In this document: one piece after another, positions 1-9,470 of the stretch
How positions within the stretch are numbered: position 1 is the first letter of the stretch
Layout: the number at the start of each line of letters is the position of its first letter
Assembly (NCBI GenBank): GCA_016217665.1
Contig: JACRHF010000041.1
Location: 1-52,271, forward strand
DNA: 52,271 bases
Source: Nitrospirota bacterium
GTDB taxonomy: Bacteria > Nitrospirota > 9FT-COMBO-42-15 > HDB-SIOI813
Direction: 5' to 3'
The notes under the pieces: generated by a model
Seen by the model: the letters and a program-made list of their open reading frames with translations, nothing else
Told to the model about the DNA's origin: nothing
The model's database searches: none
Program-made: the position numbers and the translations under genes

Positions 1-32
1 ACTTCTTCAGGATATTGGGGTAGCCAGCTATT

Positions 33-341
33 TTACATGGACTGAAAGGTGTTTGGAATTTGACTTTCATGTTTGCGGTCAGGCCCCTTTGAGGGGCCAG
101 CAAACAACAAGCCTCCGGCTTTGCCGGAGGTAGCTGACTTAAGCCCCCCCCTGCTGACATAGGGCATGGGGCTTTTCACCTGAATCTCTGCATCCCCTGC
201 AACGAGCTTACCGGCCTTGTCTGTCAATATCCCGTCTACAGAGACATGGCCGGACAGGATGATGCCGCCGGCCTGCTGCTGGGTCTCTGCAAGCCCTCGA
301 TCTACCAGGAGCCTGTCCAACCGGATCTTACCTGTCTTCAC
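33..341 (-). CDS. S4 RNA-binding domain protein. It resembles the N-terminal ~68 aa of a TlyA-type rRNA methyltransferase, but the methyltransferase domain is absent (possible gene remnant).
   Basis: N-terminus IRLDRLLVDRGLAETQQQAGGIILSGHVSVDG...PYVSRGGLK matches the TlyA S4 region and sits in the usual position after dxs. After GGLK the ORF runs through two hairpins (82-98, 112-130) and no longer looks like TlyA. Confidence 0.45.
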   Translation of the reverse strand: MKTGKIRLDRLLVDRGLAETQQQAGGIILSGHVSVDGILTDKAGKLVAGDAEIQVKSPMPYVSRGGLKSATSGKAGGLLFAGPSKGPDRKHESQIPNTFQSM

Positions 342-371
342 ATCCGAAACACCACGAACGCGTCCCCCTCA

Positions 372-2306
372 TCATCCCGGCTTGCCCCCTTTGATGACCA
401 GCGGAGGGACCGTCGGAATCGCGCCCGAAGACCCCGAATTCTTCACAAAGGCCCCGACCTCCCGCGCGATCCCTTCTGCATCAAGGCCATAGACACGCTG
501 CAATTCCCGGATCGAACCGTGTTCAACAAATTTGTCCGGAATCCCTATCCTCTTCATGCAGATACCTGTTATCCCACTTTTTTCCAACACCTCCAGCAGA
601 GCGCTTCCAAAGCCCCCTGACAGGACGCCGTCTTCCACCGTAACGATCCTGCCATACCGGGAGGCAAGATCTAAGATCATCGATTCATCCAGCGGTTTGG
701 CAAACCTTGCATTGATGACCGCCGCCTCTATCCCATCCCTCTGAAGGATCTCTGCGGCCTTCATGGACGGATAGACCATGCTCCCCAGGGCGACGATTGC
801 CACATCTTCCCCTTCCAGCAGGATCTCCCCCTTTCCGGTCTTTAGGGTCCTGAAGGGGGAGGAGAGATCGGCTCCGATACCGGCCCCCCGAGGATACCGG
901 ATCGCAGAAGGACCCGGGAGATGGATAGAGGTATAGAGCATGTGCCGGAGTTCAGCCTCATCTTTCGGCGCCATCAAGACGATGTTCGGGATGTGCCGGA
1001 GATAGCTGATATCGAACGCTCCATGATGAGTCGGTCCGTCCTCGCCGACAAGGCCTGCCCGGTCTATGGCGAATGTCACCGGGAGGTTCTGGAGGCATAC
1101 GTCATGTACGATCTGATCATAGGCCCGCTGAAGAAAGGTGGAGTAGATGGCTACCACCGGATGAAAACCGCCGGTTGCAAACCCTGCAGAGAACGTGACC
1201 CCATGCTGCTCGGCGATCCCCACATCATAGAACCTGTCCGGAAATCTTTTTGCAAAATCGCTCAGCCCGGTCCCCTCAGGCATGGCGGCTGAGATGGCTA
1301 CAATCCTCTCATCCTTCTCAGCAAGCCTGATCAGTGTCTGGCCGAATATCTTCGTGTAGGAGGGGAGGGGAGACTTGTTTAATGGAACCCCTGTCTTGAT
1401 ATCATAGGAGGAAACCCCATGAAAGGATGCGGGGTCGTTTTCGGCCGGGGGGTAGTCTTTACCCTTCTTCGTCACGACATGCACCAGCACCGGGCCGTGC
1501 AGTCTCTTGATGTTCTCTAAGGTCGGGAAGAGGTGATCAAACCTGTGGCCGTCAATAGGCCCGATATACCGGAAGCCCAGCTCCTCGAACAAAGTGCCCG
1601 GCCCCACCAGACCTTTAACAGACTCCTCAGCCTTTTTGGCGACCTTGAGCATGGGGGTACCGATTCGGGGGATATTTTTTATCAACTGTTCTGTCTCTCT
1701 CTTGACCCTGGTGTAAAACTCGCCCGTGATGATCTTGCTCAGGTAGGATGAGATGGCGCCGACATTTCTGGATATGGACATCTCATTATCGTTAAGGACC
1801 ACAATGATATCCTTCTTGAGGTCTCCGGTATGGTTGAGACCTTCGAAGACCATGCCGGCGGTCATGGCGCCGTCACCGATGACCACAATGACCTTTTCTT
1901 TTCTGCACTTCTTATCCCGTGCCTCTACCATCCCTAATGCGGATGAGAGGGATGTCCCGGAATGTCCTACGTTAAATGTGTCATAGGGGCTCTCGTCAGG
2001 TTTTGGAAAACCGCTGATCCCCCCGTATTGCCGGAGTGTGTGAAACGCCTCCCTCCGGCCGGTCAGAAGCTTGTGCACATAGGTCTGATGCCCGACATCC
2101 CATACAAACCGGTCATCAGGGGCATCGAATATGTAATGGAGGGCGATCGTTAATTCGACGATCCCGAGATTGGACGCGAGATGACCCCCTGTCTGTGACA
2201 CGACCCCGATAATCCTCTCCCGGATCTCTCCTGCCAGTACAGGGAGCTCTTCTATGGGGATCTTTTTCAGATCTGCGGGACTGTTAATGGTGTCTAAATA
2301 TTTCAA
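372..2306 (-). CDS. dxs: 1-deoxy-D-xylulose-5-phosphate synthase
   Basis: 644-aa ORF with [18 protein letters not shown] and the TPP motif [16 protein letters not shown]. The transketolase-like architecture is full length, and the xseB-ispA-dxs gene order is conserved. Confidence 0.95.
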   Translation of the reverse strand: MKYLDTINSPADLKKIPIEELPVLAGEIRERIIGVVSQTGGHLASNLGIVELTIALHYIFDAPDDRFVWDVGHQTYVHKLLTGRREAFHTLRQYGGISGFPKPDESPYDTFNVGHSGTSLSSALGMVEARDKKCRKEKVIVVIGDGAMTAGMVFEGLNHTGDLKKDIIVVLNDNEMSISRNVGAISSYLSKIITGEFYTRVKRETEQLIKNIPRIGTPMLKVAKKAEESVKGLVGPGTLFEELGFRYIGPIDGHRFDHLFPTLENIKRLHGPVLVHVVTKKGKDYPPAENDPASFHGVSSYDIKTGVPLNKSPLPSYTKIFGQTLIRLAEKDERIVAISAAMPEGTGLSDFAKRFPDRFYDVGIAEQHGVTFSAGFATGGFHPVVAIYSTFLQRAYDQIVHDVCLQNLPVTFAIDRAGLVGEDGPTHHGAFDISYLRHIPNIVLMAPKDEAELRHMLYTSIHLPGPSAIRYPRGAGIGADLSSPFRTLKTGKGEILLEGEDVAIVALGSMVYPSMKAAEILQRDGIEAAVINARFAKPLDESMILDLASRYGRIVTVEDGVLSGGFGSALLEVLEKSGITGICMKRIGIPDKFVEHGSIRELQRVYGLDAEGIAREVGAFVKNSGSSGAIPTVPPLVIKGGKPG

Positions 2307-2312
2307 CGTATT

Positions 2313-3236
2313 TCAACTTCTCCTCTCCACAATATATCCGGCGATCATCCTCAGGGGGTCTGCCCCCTCGTCAAATTCATGGAGCGCCTCTATGGCCTCA
2401 GCGACAAGCCCCTTTTCAAGGGCCCTTGACTCGTCTAAGCCAATCAATGCCGGATAGGTGTTCTTATTCCGCACAATATCTTTGCCTGTGGCCTTACCGG
2501 CCACTTCGATACTTCCTTCCACATCCAGGATGTCATCGGCAATCTGAAAGGCGAGCCCTACCTTTGCGGCGTAACGTGTCAGAGCCAGCAATTGCGCACC
2601 GTCAGCGCCGCCGGCGATTCCGCCGGCCCTCACAGATGCCTGTATGAGCGCCCCGGTCTTTTTGCCATGCAACTGTTCCAGTCTCTTGAGCCCGATCCCT
2701 TTTCCTTCAGATTCGATATCCATCTGCTGCCCGCCCACCATGCCGTAAGGACCGGAACCAAGACCGATTTCATGGATGATCTCCAATACCCTGTCCGGCG
2801 GTGTCGCCTGATAGAGGGCAGGATCAGAGAGGATGCTGAATGCCGTGGTCAAGAGGGCATCTCCGGCAAGGATGGCCGTTGCCTCTCCAAAGACCTTGTG
2901 GTTGGTCGGTTTCCCTCTCCGTAAATCGTCATCGTCCATGGCAGGGAGGTCATCATGGATGAGCGAATAGGTATGGATCATCTCGATAGCCACGGCAACC
3001 GGGATAACGGCCCCGGTCTCACCGCCAACCGCCCCGGCCGCGGCAATGGCAAGGATAGGCCGTATCCGCTTGCCTCCTGCAAAGAGGCTGTAGTGCATCG
3101 CCTGATAGAGGGTGCGGGGATATTGCTCAGGCCTGCCTAACAGCCTGAGGAGGTTCTCTTCGAGGAGGGTCCTCTTCTCGTCAAGATATAACATCAGGCT
3201 GGAATCAGTCTTCAGATCTCTTATCTTTGTTTTCAT
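2313..3236 (-). CDS. ispA: (2E,6E)-farnesyl/geranylgeranyl diphosphate synthase (polyprenyl synthetase)
   Basis: Two Asp-rich motifs are present: LIHDDLPAMDDDDLRRG and FQIADDILD. The start may instead be the internal Met at 3194, since 3236 overlaps xseB by 32 nt. Confidence 0.9.
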   Translation of the reverse strand: MKTKIRDLKTDSSLMLYLDEKRTLLEENLLRLLGRPEQYPRTLYQAMHYSLFAGGKRIRPILAIAAAGAVGGETGAVIPVAVAIEMIHTYSLIHDDLPAMDDDDLRRGKPTNHKVFGEATAILAGDALLTTAFSILSDPALYQATPPDRVLEIIHEIGLGSGPYGMVGGQQMDIESEGKGIGLKRLEQLHGKKTGALIQASVRAGGIAGGADGAQLLALTRYAAKVGLAFQIADDILDVEGSIEVAGKATGKDIVRNKNTYPALIGLDESRALEKGLVAEAIEALHEFDEGADPLRMIAGYIVERRS

Positions 3237-3468
3237 CCCCGGCGGTCTCAGGGAGAAAGGGCTTTAACACGGTTTTGCCCTTCTCCTTCATCAATATCTC
3301 TACCTTTTTTTCTGCCTCATCCAGCTTTGCCATGCATACCTGGGATAATCTTATCCCCTCTTCAAAGATTTTGAGCGAGTCTTCAAGGGAGAGGTCCCCC
3401 TTCTCGAGACCCTGGACAATCTCTTCAAGCCTTTCCATCGCCTTTTCAAATTTGATATCCTTTTCCAT
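3205..3468 (-). CDS. xseB: exodeoxyribonuclease VII small subunit
   Basis: 87 aa; FEKAMERLEEIVQGLEKGDLSLEDSLKIFEEGIRL is typical of XseB. It lies directly upstream of ispA. Confidence 0.9.
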   Translation of the reverse strand: MEKDIKFEKAMERLEEIVQGLEKGDLSLEDSLKIFEEGIRLSQVCMAKLDEAEKKVEILMKEKGKTVLKPFLPETAGDENKDKRSED

Positions 3469-3520
3469 AAGGCTGGTTTATTATCATACAGGTCGGGATA
3501 TGACGTCAAGTAGGTAATAG

Positions 3521-3588
3521 GTAGTGAAAAAGGGGACAGATTTATTTTACATTTTCTTGTAAAATAAATCTGTCCCCTTTTTCACTAC
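3521..3588. repeat. REP-type hairpin: two inverted GGGGACAGATTTATTTT units extended to perfect 30-bp arms with an 8-nt loop
   Basis: GTAGTGAAAAAGGGGACAGATTTATTTTAC / ATTTTCTT / GTAAAATAAATCTGTCCCCTTTTTCACTAC; I checked base by base that the arms are exact reverse complements. Confidence 0.9.
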
Positions 3589-4204
3589 CCGGGACAAGGT
3601 ATCCGCCGTACCACTGATCCTTAAATAGCTCCATAGGTTGGCCTGCAGGGTTTATGAGGCTGTTGTTGGAAAAGGAGAGGGGAGTCTTTCCAGAGGGCGT
3701 CTTAAATTTCAATGTGACCAGAGGGATGATGCCGGTGAGCGGCTCTGTCCCCCTCCCCCTTGAGGCCCCAATGATCAGGGTGTCCTCCTGCCCTTCTTTG
3801 AGGGTGACGAAGAGATGTTTCCATATTGGCGGACCTTCCTGGACCAAGGGAAGGTCCGGGGGAGAGAAGTCAATGGACTGGTCTTCCTTCCGCGCTACCT
3901 TGACGACAGACGGGTCTAACGTCACATCAAAGGCGGCGCCAAAGACAGGGGAGTCTGCATTCAGACGGACATCGATTGCAATCATATCCCCTGTACTCTT
4001 GCCCTCGTTCCGGCACAGATAGACACTGTTGGACGGCGGTGAGGAACAATTAGGCACATTAGGAGAGAAACCGGCCTGGGTAACTCTGGTTTCTGTTGTG
4101 CCTGAGCCCGAGCCGCACGAGGTGGTGACCAGGCTGACACAGACCGCCCAGGCAATCACTCCTATCTTTCTGGAAAGGCATTTATTTAGGATAGGTACGT
4201 TCAT
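3542..4204 (-). CDS. secreted/lipoprotein with a cohesin-like beta-sandwich domain
   Basis: N-terminal signal peptide ends in ...LVTTSCGSGSG. The segment IAIDVRLNADSPVFGAAFDVTLDPSVVKV...LIIGASRG...IPLVTLKFK resembles a cohesin domain. The last ~14 codons are encoded by the REP hairpin. Confidence 0.55.
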   Translation of the reverse strand: MNVPILNKCLSRKIGVIAWAVCVSLVTTSCGSGSGTTETRVTQAGFSPNVPNCSSPPSNSVYLCRNEGKSTGDMIAIDVRLNADSPVFGAAFDVTLDPSVVKVARKEDQSIDFSPPDLPLVQEGPPIWKHLFVTLKEGQEDTLIIGASRGRGTEPLTGIIPLVTLKFKTPSGKTPLSFSNNSLINPAGQPMELFKDQWYGGYLVPGSEKGDRFILQENVK

Positions 4205-4215
4205 GACACCTCTGT

Positions 4216-4371
4216 TCAGGGTCCGTTTGATTTTCCAAAGTTCTCTTGCAGGATGGATAGATCAGCGTCATTAATGATCCCGTCCCCATTAAGATCCGCA
4301 AGCGGATTCCATTCTGGCGAACCTGCTGTCGTACCAAAGACGATATCCAGTGCAATCAGGTCATACCCTCC
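4216..4371 (-). other. dockerin-like C-terminal segment of the 4356-5786 gene, lying in a different reading frame (-1 relative shift)
   Basis: Frame-B translation ...GGYDLIALDIVFGTTAGSPEWNPLADLNGDGIINDADLSILQENFGKS has EF-hand-like dockerin repeats. Joining the frames near GTGGAGGGTATGAC (about 4365-4372) gives a continuous ...VNRVEGYDLIAL... Confidence 0.55.
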
Positions 4372-5786
4372 ACGCGGTTTACTGAGCCGGGGGTGGCGAA
4401 GTCCACGTTGCCGGGGGGGGTAGCCAGAATGACCCACTGATACGCTGTGGAGGAGGCGATCCCCAGGGCATCGGTCACCCGAATCGTAAAGGAATAGATG
4501 CCCGGCTTTGTCGGAGTCCCTGAGACGGCCCCGGTCTGAGTATTCAGAGTAAGGCCTTCAGGGAGGCCCCCTGAAGTTGTGCCCCAGGTGTAAGGAGAAA
4601 TCCCGCCGGTTGCCGTAAAGGTCACCCCCGGACCGGGACTCCCCTGATAGAGATTGCCGACAGAGGTAGCGGCGATAGCAGGGGTTGGGTGGACCATGAT
4701 TGCCAGCGTCTTGGCCGCAGAGGCGCCATACACATCCCTGACCGTGACGGTGAAACTCCAGTTGCCGGCCGTGGAGGCGATGCCGAGGATCTCTCCCGTC
4801 GAGGAGATCAGGCTCAGACCCGGAGGAAGACCTGAGGTGCTCGTCCAGGTATAGGGCGTGGCCCCTCCCTCCGCCTGAAGGGTGGCGCTATAGACAGCCC
4901 CTGCCGTTGTCTCAGGCAATGAGGGCGTGGTCACAGAGACAGCTTGATTGACCGTGATAGAGAGGGTTTTCGTTGCAGCGGCCCCATTGACATCCTGGAC
5001 CTGCACTGTAAAATTAAATGTCCCCGGTGTGGTTGGCGTCCCGCTGATCACCCCTGTGCTCGTATTTAAGACAACACCCGGCGGCAGGCTGCCTGTCGTG
5101 ACACTCCATGAATAAGGGGTCTTGCCGCCGGCAGCAGTCACTGTCTGGCTGTAGGCAGCCCTGGCTGTTCCATTGTTTAGTGATGTGGTCGTCAGGGATA
5201 GCGCTGTATAGATGGTGATAGACAGGGCCTTCGTCGCTGTTGCCCCATTGGCATCCGTCACCTGCACTGTAAAGTTATTGGTGGCGGCAATAGTCGGCGT
5301 CCCGCTGATCGTCCCGTTTGAGCCGTTTAAGCTTAGTCCTACCGGAAGGCTCCCTGAAGTGATAGACCAGCTAAGCGGTGACTTGCCCCCGGAGGCCGCC
5401 AGCGTCTGGCTGTAGGCTAAGCTCACCGTCCCGTCTGATAACGAAGCCGTAGTGATTCCCAGGATGATCTTATTGACCTCATTGGAAAACTGACTCTCAT
5501 TCCCCAAAAGATCATAGGCGGTCACAACAAAGTAGTAGAGGGATCCACCGGCGAGATTGGGTACAATCGCAGTGATGACATTCCCCACGTCGATCGTAAT
5601 TCCATAGACCCCGGGGGAAGTCCCATAATAGATTCGATAGCCGCTGAGATCCGTAAGAGGTGACCCATCGGCATTGGTGGCCGGCGGGTCCCAGGAAAGT
5701 ATAGCCTGACCTGCGGAGGCCAGCGGGGTGAGTGCCCATCCTCCTATGAAGAGAAAGAGGATTAGAACCGTACTTCTGATCCACAT
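4356..5786 (-). CDS. secreted surface protein: signal peptide, FN3 domain and four putative-Ig (He_PIG-like) repeats. The reading frame breaks just before a dockerin-like C-terminus.
   Basis: FN3 region: LSWDPPATNADGSPLTDLSGYRIYYG...YYFVVTAYDLLGNESQFSNEV. Four ~90-aa repeats follow the pattern (S/T)L..G....AYS.T..A.GG..PY.W....G.LP.GL.L....G.ISGTPT..G...FTV.V.D. The ORF ends ...GNVDFATPGSVNRVEGMT*. Confidence 0.8.
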   Translation of the reverse strand: MWIRSTVLILFLFIGGWALTPLASAGQAILSWDPPATNADGSPLTDLSGYRIYYGTSPGVYGITIDVGNVITAIVPNLAGGSLYYFVVTAYDLLGNESQFSNEVNKIILGITTASLSDGTVSLAYSQTLAASGGKSPLSWSITSGSLPVGLSLNGSNGTISGTPTIAATNNFTVQVTDANGATATKALSITIYTALSLTTTSLNNGTARAAYSQTVTAAGGKTPYSWSVTTGSLPPGVVLNTSTGVISGTPTTPGTFNFTVQVQDVNGAAATKTLSITVNQAVSVTTPSLPETTAGAVYSATLQAEGGATPYTWTSTSGLPPGLSLISSTGEILGIASTAGNWSFTVTVRDVYGASAAKTLAIMVHPTPAIAATSVGNLYQGSPGPGVTFTATGGISPYTWGTTSGGLPEGLTLNTQTGAVSGTPTKPGIYSFTIRVTDALGIASSTAYQWVILATPPGNVDFATPGSVNRVEGMT

Positions 5787-5869
5787 CGTCTAATGCCCTG
5801 TCAGAGTTGATCTCAAAGATGATGAATATCTATTGTGTAAGATGTTGATGTTGGATAAAATTAAATGAT

Positions 5870-7039
5870 ATGGATGACAGTATAGGGGTAAAAGATATTT
5901 TACGCAACAAGATTTTATCATCCGGCAGAATTACCTTTGCAGAGTTTATGGAGACTGTCTTGTACCATGACCCCTACGGATACTATTCCTCTGAACGGAC
6001 AAGGATCGGAAGGCGCGGTGACTACTACACCTCCTCGTCAGTCCATCCTGTCTTCGGAGAACTGCTCTGCAATCAGATCAGAGAGATGTGGCCTATTGCA
6101 GGAGGCCGGGAGTTCACGATCGTGGAAATGGGCGCCGGAGATGGCTCTCTGTCGTGCGATATCTTAAGATGTGTGAAGAGGGGATATCCGGATCTCTTCA
6201 GGTCCCTGAGATATGTCATTATCGAAGAGAGCAGACGCATGAGAAAGACACAGAGACAGAATCTCACCGGAGAAGGGTTGCTGAATGACGGTGTGCAGTG
6301 GGCCGGCTACTCAGATCCCCTGTTTGATCGAGGAATAACCGGATGTTTTTTCTCGAATGAACTTGTGGATGCCTTTCCGGTCCATGTCGTAGAAAAGAGG
6401 GGAGGGGAGTTGCAGGAGGTCTTTGTGGATTATCAGGATAATGCCTTTACAGAGGTACTGGATTCGCCATCGACCCCGGAGATAAGCAGATACTTTGACC
6501 GCCTGGGGATCGTATTGGAAGAGGGACAGCGCGGTGAGGTTAATCTCAGGGCAATTGAATGGATAAGATGGGTTGCAAAGGCACTCAAGAAAGGGTTTGT
6601 GATTACGATTGATTACGGATATCCTGCAGAGGAGCTTTATGATCCCAATAAGAGGGCGGGCACGCTCCTGTGCTATCACAGGCACCGGGTTGTTGAAGAC
6701 CCTTTCATCAATATAGGGGAGCAGGATATGACCACCCATGTTGATTTTACAACGCTGACAATGACCGGAGAAGAGACGGGTCTTCTGACCGCAGGGTTTA
6801 CAGATCAGATGCACTTTCTATTCGGCCTGGGGATCATAGAGAGGATAGGGGCTATCGGATCAGAGGTCATTGAAACTGGGGAGCCTGGGCCGGAAAGAGA
6901 GGCAGAGGCATTAAAGGAGAAGCTCAGGATCAAGACCCTCATCATGCCGGAGCGGATGGGGAACATCTTTAAGGTGCTGATCCAGTACAAAGGCCTTTCA
7001 GAGAAACCGGAACTCAGCGGCCTTAAGAAGATTTTTTGA
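5870..7039 (+). CDS. MidA/NDUFAF7-family (DUF185) class I SAM-dependent methyltransferase
   Basis: FAEFMETVLYHDPYGYYS, GDYYTSSSVHPVFGEL and the SAM-binding loop IVEMGAGDGSL. Confidence 0.8.
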   Translation: MDDSIGVKDILRNKILSSGRITFAEFMETVLYHDPYGYYSSERTRIGRRGDYYTSSSVHPVFGELLCNQIREMWPIAGGREFTIVEMGAGDGSLSCDILRCVKRGYPDLFRSLRYVIIEESRRMRKTQRQNLTGEGLLNDGVQWAGYSDPLFDRGITGCFFSNELVDAFPVHVVEKRGGELQEVFVDYQDNAFTEVLDSPSTPEISRYFDRLGIVLEEGQRGEVNLRAIEWIRWVAKALKKGFVITIDYGYPAEELYDPNKRAGTLLCYHRHRVVEDPFINIGEQDMTTHVDFTTLTMTGEETGLLTAGFTDQMHFLFGLGIIERIGAIGSEVIETGEPGPEREAEALKEKLRIKTLIMPERMGNIFKVLIQYKGLSEKPELSGLKKIF

Positions 7040-7040
7040 G

Positions 7041-7970
7041 AAAAGGGGACAGATTTATTTTCCCAGTTTCTTTGGTCTCCCGTGTCCACGAAATGCAACC
7101 CATTTTCCGGTCGTTTGAGCAACCTCTTCAATAAATTGTTTACTTCCCGTTAATTGACCCCTTTGGACTGCCTGACGTATTATCTCCCATTCCTTTTGAG
7201 GAATAGATGCCCTCACCCACTCCCGATATTGCTCCTCACGCTCACGCTTTGTTAATCCCAATCGTTGATAACACGGATCTAAATCTATCCATTCAAGAGT
7301 TTCCGCTCCCACCTTGTGTCTATAGCTCGACCAGGGGTAGTCTTCAGGATTTTTGACTATTTCAGCTCTTACAGGATTAAGCTCAATATAGCGACAACAG
7401 GCCAAAAGGTATTCATCCGTCTGGATAGGGCTGGACTTATAGCGACCTTCCCATAATGTGCCCGTTCGTCCAACGATCTTGTTTGCATATCGGGTTTGCC
7501 GCCCGGCGACTCTCTTCATGAGTAATCCCAGATTTTCTACTTTTCTGCCAGGGGCTACAATCAGATGTACATGATTTGTCATAAGACAATAAGCATAAAC
7601 CTCACATCCTAAATCCTCCTTCCATTCCTTGAGGTCTTTGAGATAGTGGAGATAATCTTTCTTAGTGGAAAAGACTGCCTGTCTGTTGTGTCCCCGTTGA
7701 ATAATATGATGGGGATAACTGGGCAATACGACTCTCGATCCCCTCGGCATAAGACAATCCTCTATAAAAAAATAAATCTGACGTCTTTTTTCTATTAGGA
7801 GAAGCTAAAAGGATGCCAGAAGGTTTTATACAATTACTTGGGTAAGATGAGAAGAAAACGGTAAGGATAGATATGCCAATAGATGCGGATGCCCAGGAAG
7901 CAGGGCAGGTGTGTTTAAAAACGTGTGCATCATCAAATTATTGAGTAAAATAAATCTGTCCCCTTTTTTT
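7041..7970. mobile_element. REPtron: a rayT gene bracketed by oppositely oriented REP units
   Basis: The forward unit AAAAGGGGACAGATTTATTTT (7041-7061) overlaps the rayT stop. A degenerate reverse unit lies at 7769-7790, just upstream of the rayT start. An intact reverse unit AAAATAAATCTGTCCCCTTTT lies at 7947-7967. Confidence 0.75.
7055..7750 (-). CDS. rayT: REP-associated tyrosine transposase (RayT / IS200-like Y1 HUH transposase)
   Basis: PSYPHHIIQRGHNRQAVF, the HUH motif MTNHVHLIV, and the Tyr helix CCRYIELNPVRA. Confidence 0.85.
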   Translation of the reverse strand: MPRGSRVVLPSYPHHIIQRGHNRQAVFSTKKDYLHYLKDLKEWKEDLGCEVYAYCLMTNHVHLIVAPGRKVENLGLLMKRVAGRQTRYANKIVGRTGTLWEGRYKSSPIQTDEYLLACCRYIELNPVRAEIVKNPEDYPWSSYRHKVGAETLEWIDLDPCYQRLGLTKREREEQYREWVRASIPQKEWEIIRQAVQRGQLTGSKQFIEEVAQTTGKWVAFRGHGRPKKLGK

Positions 7971-8187
7971 GTTGCACAGAAAACAGGGCATTACCAGGCA
8001 TCAAGTGCACAAAGACATAGAGAATGCCCAATATGGTGCGAGTAATAACACACATATTCTTCATACTCAGGGGGTTGATAGTCAACACTTGTGACCCCCT
8101 ATGGGAAACAAATTGAGGGACATATAAAGAAAGATCTTTCTGCCTTAGACTTCCCGTAATAAATTATTACTATTAAAAACAATTGAT

Positions 8188-8616
8188 TTAGCGAACCCAC
8201 CCAGTGCCTGAACATCTTCTGCATTTTATACTTTTCGAGGCACTTTTTATTGCTCCGTAACCATTACAGGTCGGGCAAAGACCAGAGGCATATTTATGGG
8301 TTTTAGGCTTTAGTAATTTACTTGCTGGGATATCGGAGGTATTGTTTTTAGAAACCTCTTTCTCTGGAGTGTATTCTCCAAGATCAGAATGCTTCCTTGA
8401 CCGCATTAAGAATGCTGCCAGGCTCATGCGCAATTTGAAATCCGCAAATTCTACACGAGGCAAGTCAGTAATCCCTTTGTAGGCTAAAAGCCTCGATAGC
8501 TGTTCATCTGTCAGTACCGCGCATGCTGCAAAAGTTTTTAACGTTTCTTCTGGCAAAGTCATAAGTTTATGACGCTCAATATGTTGCCTGAGCCTTTCCA
8601 CCTGCTCTCCCGTCAA
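8188..8616 (-). CDS. hypothetical protein with a C-terminal DnaJ-type CxxCxGxG zinc-finger pair
   Basis: CPTCNGYG...CRRCSGTG at the C-terminus. The apparent start is TTG, overlapping the upstream stop (TTGA); an ATG alternative lies at 8562. The coding sequence is AT-rich. Confidence 0.5.
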   Translation of the reverse strand: MTGEQVERLRQHIERHKLMTLPEETLKTFAACAVLTDEQLSRLLAYKGITDLPRVEFADFKLRMSLAAFLMRSRKHSDLGEYTPEKEVSKNNTSDIPASKLLKPKTHKYASGLCPTCNGYGAIKSASKSIKCRRCSGTGWVR

Positions 8617-8930
8617 GTTTGTACCTTTGGCAAGTTCCGCAAGAACTTCCAGGCTGTCACCATTAGACTATTATGGTTATCCATCTCGATACCATTGTTG
8701 TTTTCGAGCGCGGCCAAATAATCAAGATCCGCAGGGGTTAGACTACTCCGGCTACCTTTATTAATATTTCCATCATTTCGGGTTCTATTTCTCCATGACT
8801 GAAAATCGACCAAGAACCAAAACATTGCAATACCAATGGCAATGACTATGCTTACTACTGCATTTACCCCTAAAATTTGCATAAGAAACCACGTCAGGAT
8901 GCCAGCAATGAGGGAGCTTAAAAGTCCCAT
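8613..8930 (-). CDS. small two-TM membrane protein, unknown function
   Basis: Hydrophobic segments LLSSLIAGILTWFLMQILGV and VVSIVIAIGIAMFWFLV. The gene is translationally coupled to the downstream gene. Confidence 0.5.
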   Translation of the reverse strand: MGLLSSLIAGILTWFLMQILGVNAVVSIVIAIGIAMFWFLVDFQSWRNRTRNDGNINKGSRSSLTPADLDYLAALENNNGIEMDNHNSLMVTAWKFLRNLPKVQT

Positions 8931-8948
8931 AAGAACAATACCTCAATT

Positions 8949-9470
8949 TCAGTTTTGATCCTTTATTTGTTCAAGCTGTTTTATATAATTTTCAGGAAGG
9001 TGCCAATATTTAGCTCCTTCGACAATCAAACTTTTATATTCTGAATTAGGAAGAGGGGGGTTCTCCTGCTTGTTGGCAATGTATATAGTAACAAGTAAAG
9101 GCTTTTCCATATCACCTTCAGCGAACACATGGTATTCGGTTCTAAGATAAGCGTTTTCTTCCAGCTGCCGTCCGGGTCTAAATCCCTCGCTTTTGTCCAA
9201 TTGGCCGATATCACGCTCATCTATCTGGTAGACAACTCCCCAGACGTCATGCCCTTTAGTCGGAATTACATCTGCAACACCACATCCACGGTTTTTGGAT
9301 TTTCTTGTAAATTCAAGACGATGGTCATTAAATTTCGCTTTGCAAACAAATCTTGCAGAAGGACAACGCTCTATCATTTGATTCAAGTCCAGATTAGATC
9401 CATAAGCAAAGTACAACATTAATCCTTCATTAGGAAAATCAAAAAAACTGAGCCTCATCCTACTCTCCAA
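8949..9470 (-). CDS. gamma-glutamylcyclotransferase (GGCT/AIG2-like) family protein
   Basis: LYFAYGSNL motif; HDVWGVVYQIDERDIGQLDKSEGF contains the catalytic-type Glu. The true start is more likely the Met at 9419 (MLYFAYGSNL). Confidence 0.7.
   Translation of the reverse strand: MESRMRLSFFDFPNEGLMLYFAYGSNLDLNQMIERCPSARFVCKAKFNDHRLEFTRKSKNRGCGVADVIPTKGHDVWGVVYQIDERDIGQLDKSEGFRPGRQLEENAYLRTEYHVFAEGDMEKPLLVTIYIANKQENPPLPNSEYKSLIVEGAKYWHLPENYIKQLEQIKDQN

Noticed and set aside
4413-4420. G8 homopolymer (C8 on the coding strand) considered as the site of the frame disruption in the surface-protein gene
   Set aside because: The frame used upstream still gives a sensible dockerin-like sequence after the tract (PPGNVDFATPGSVNRVEG). 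The alternative frame there reads RQRGLRHPRLSKPRGG. The junction is therefore about 45 nt further on, near 4365-4372. The tract remains a possible slippage site but does not explain this break.
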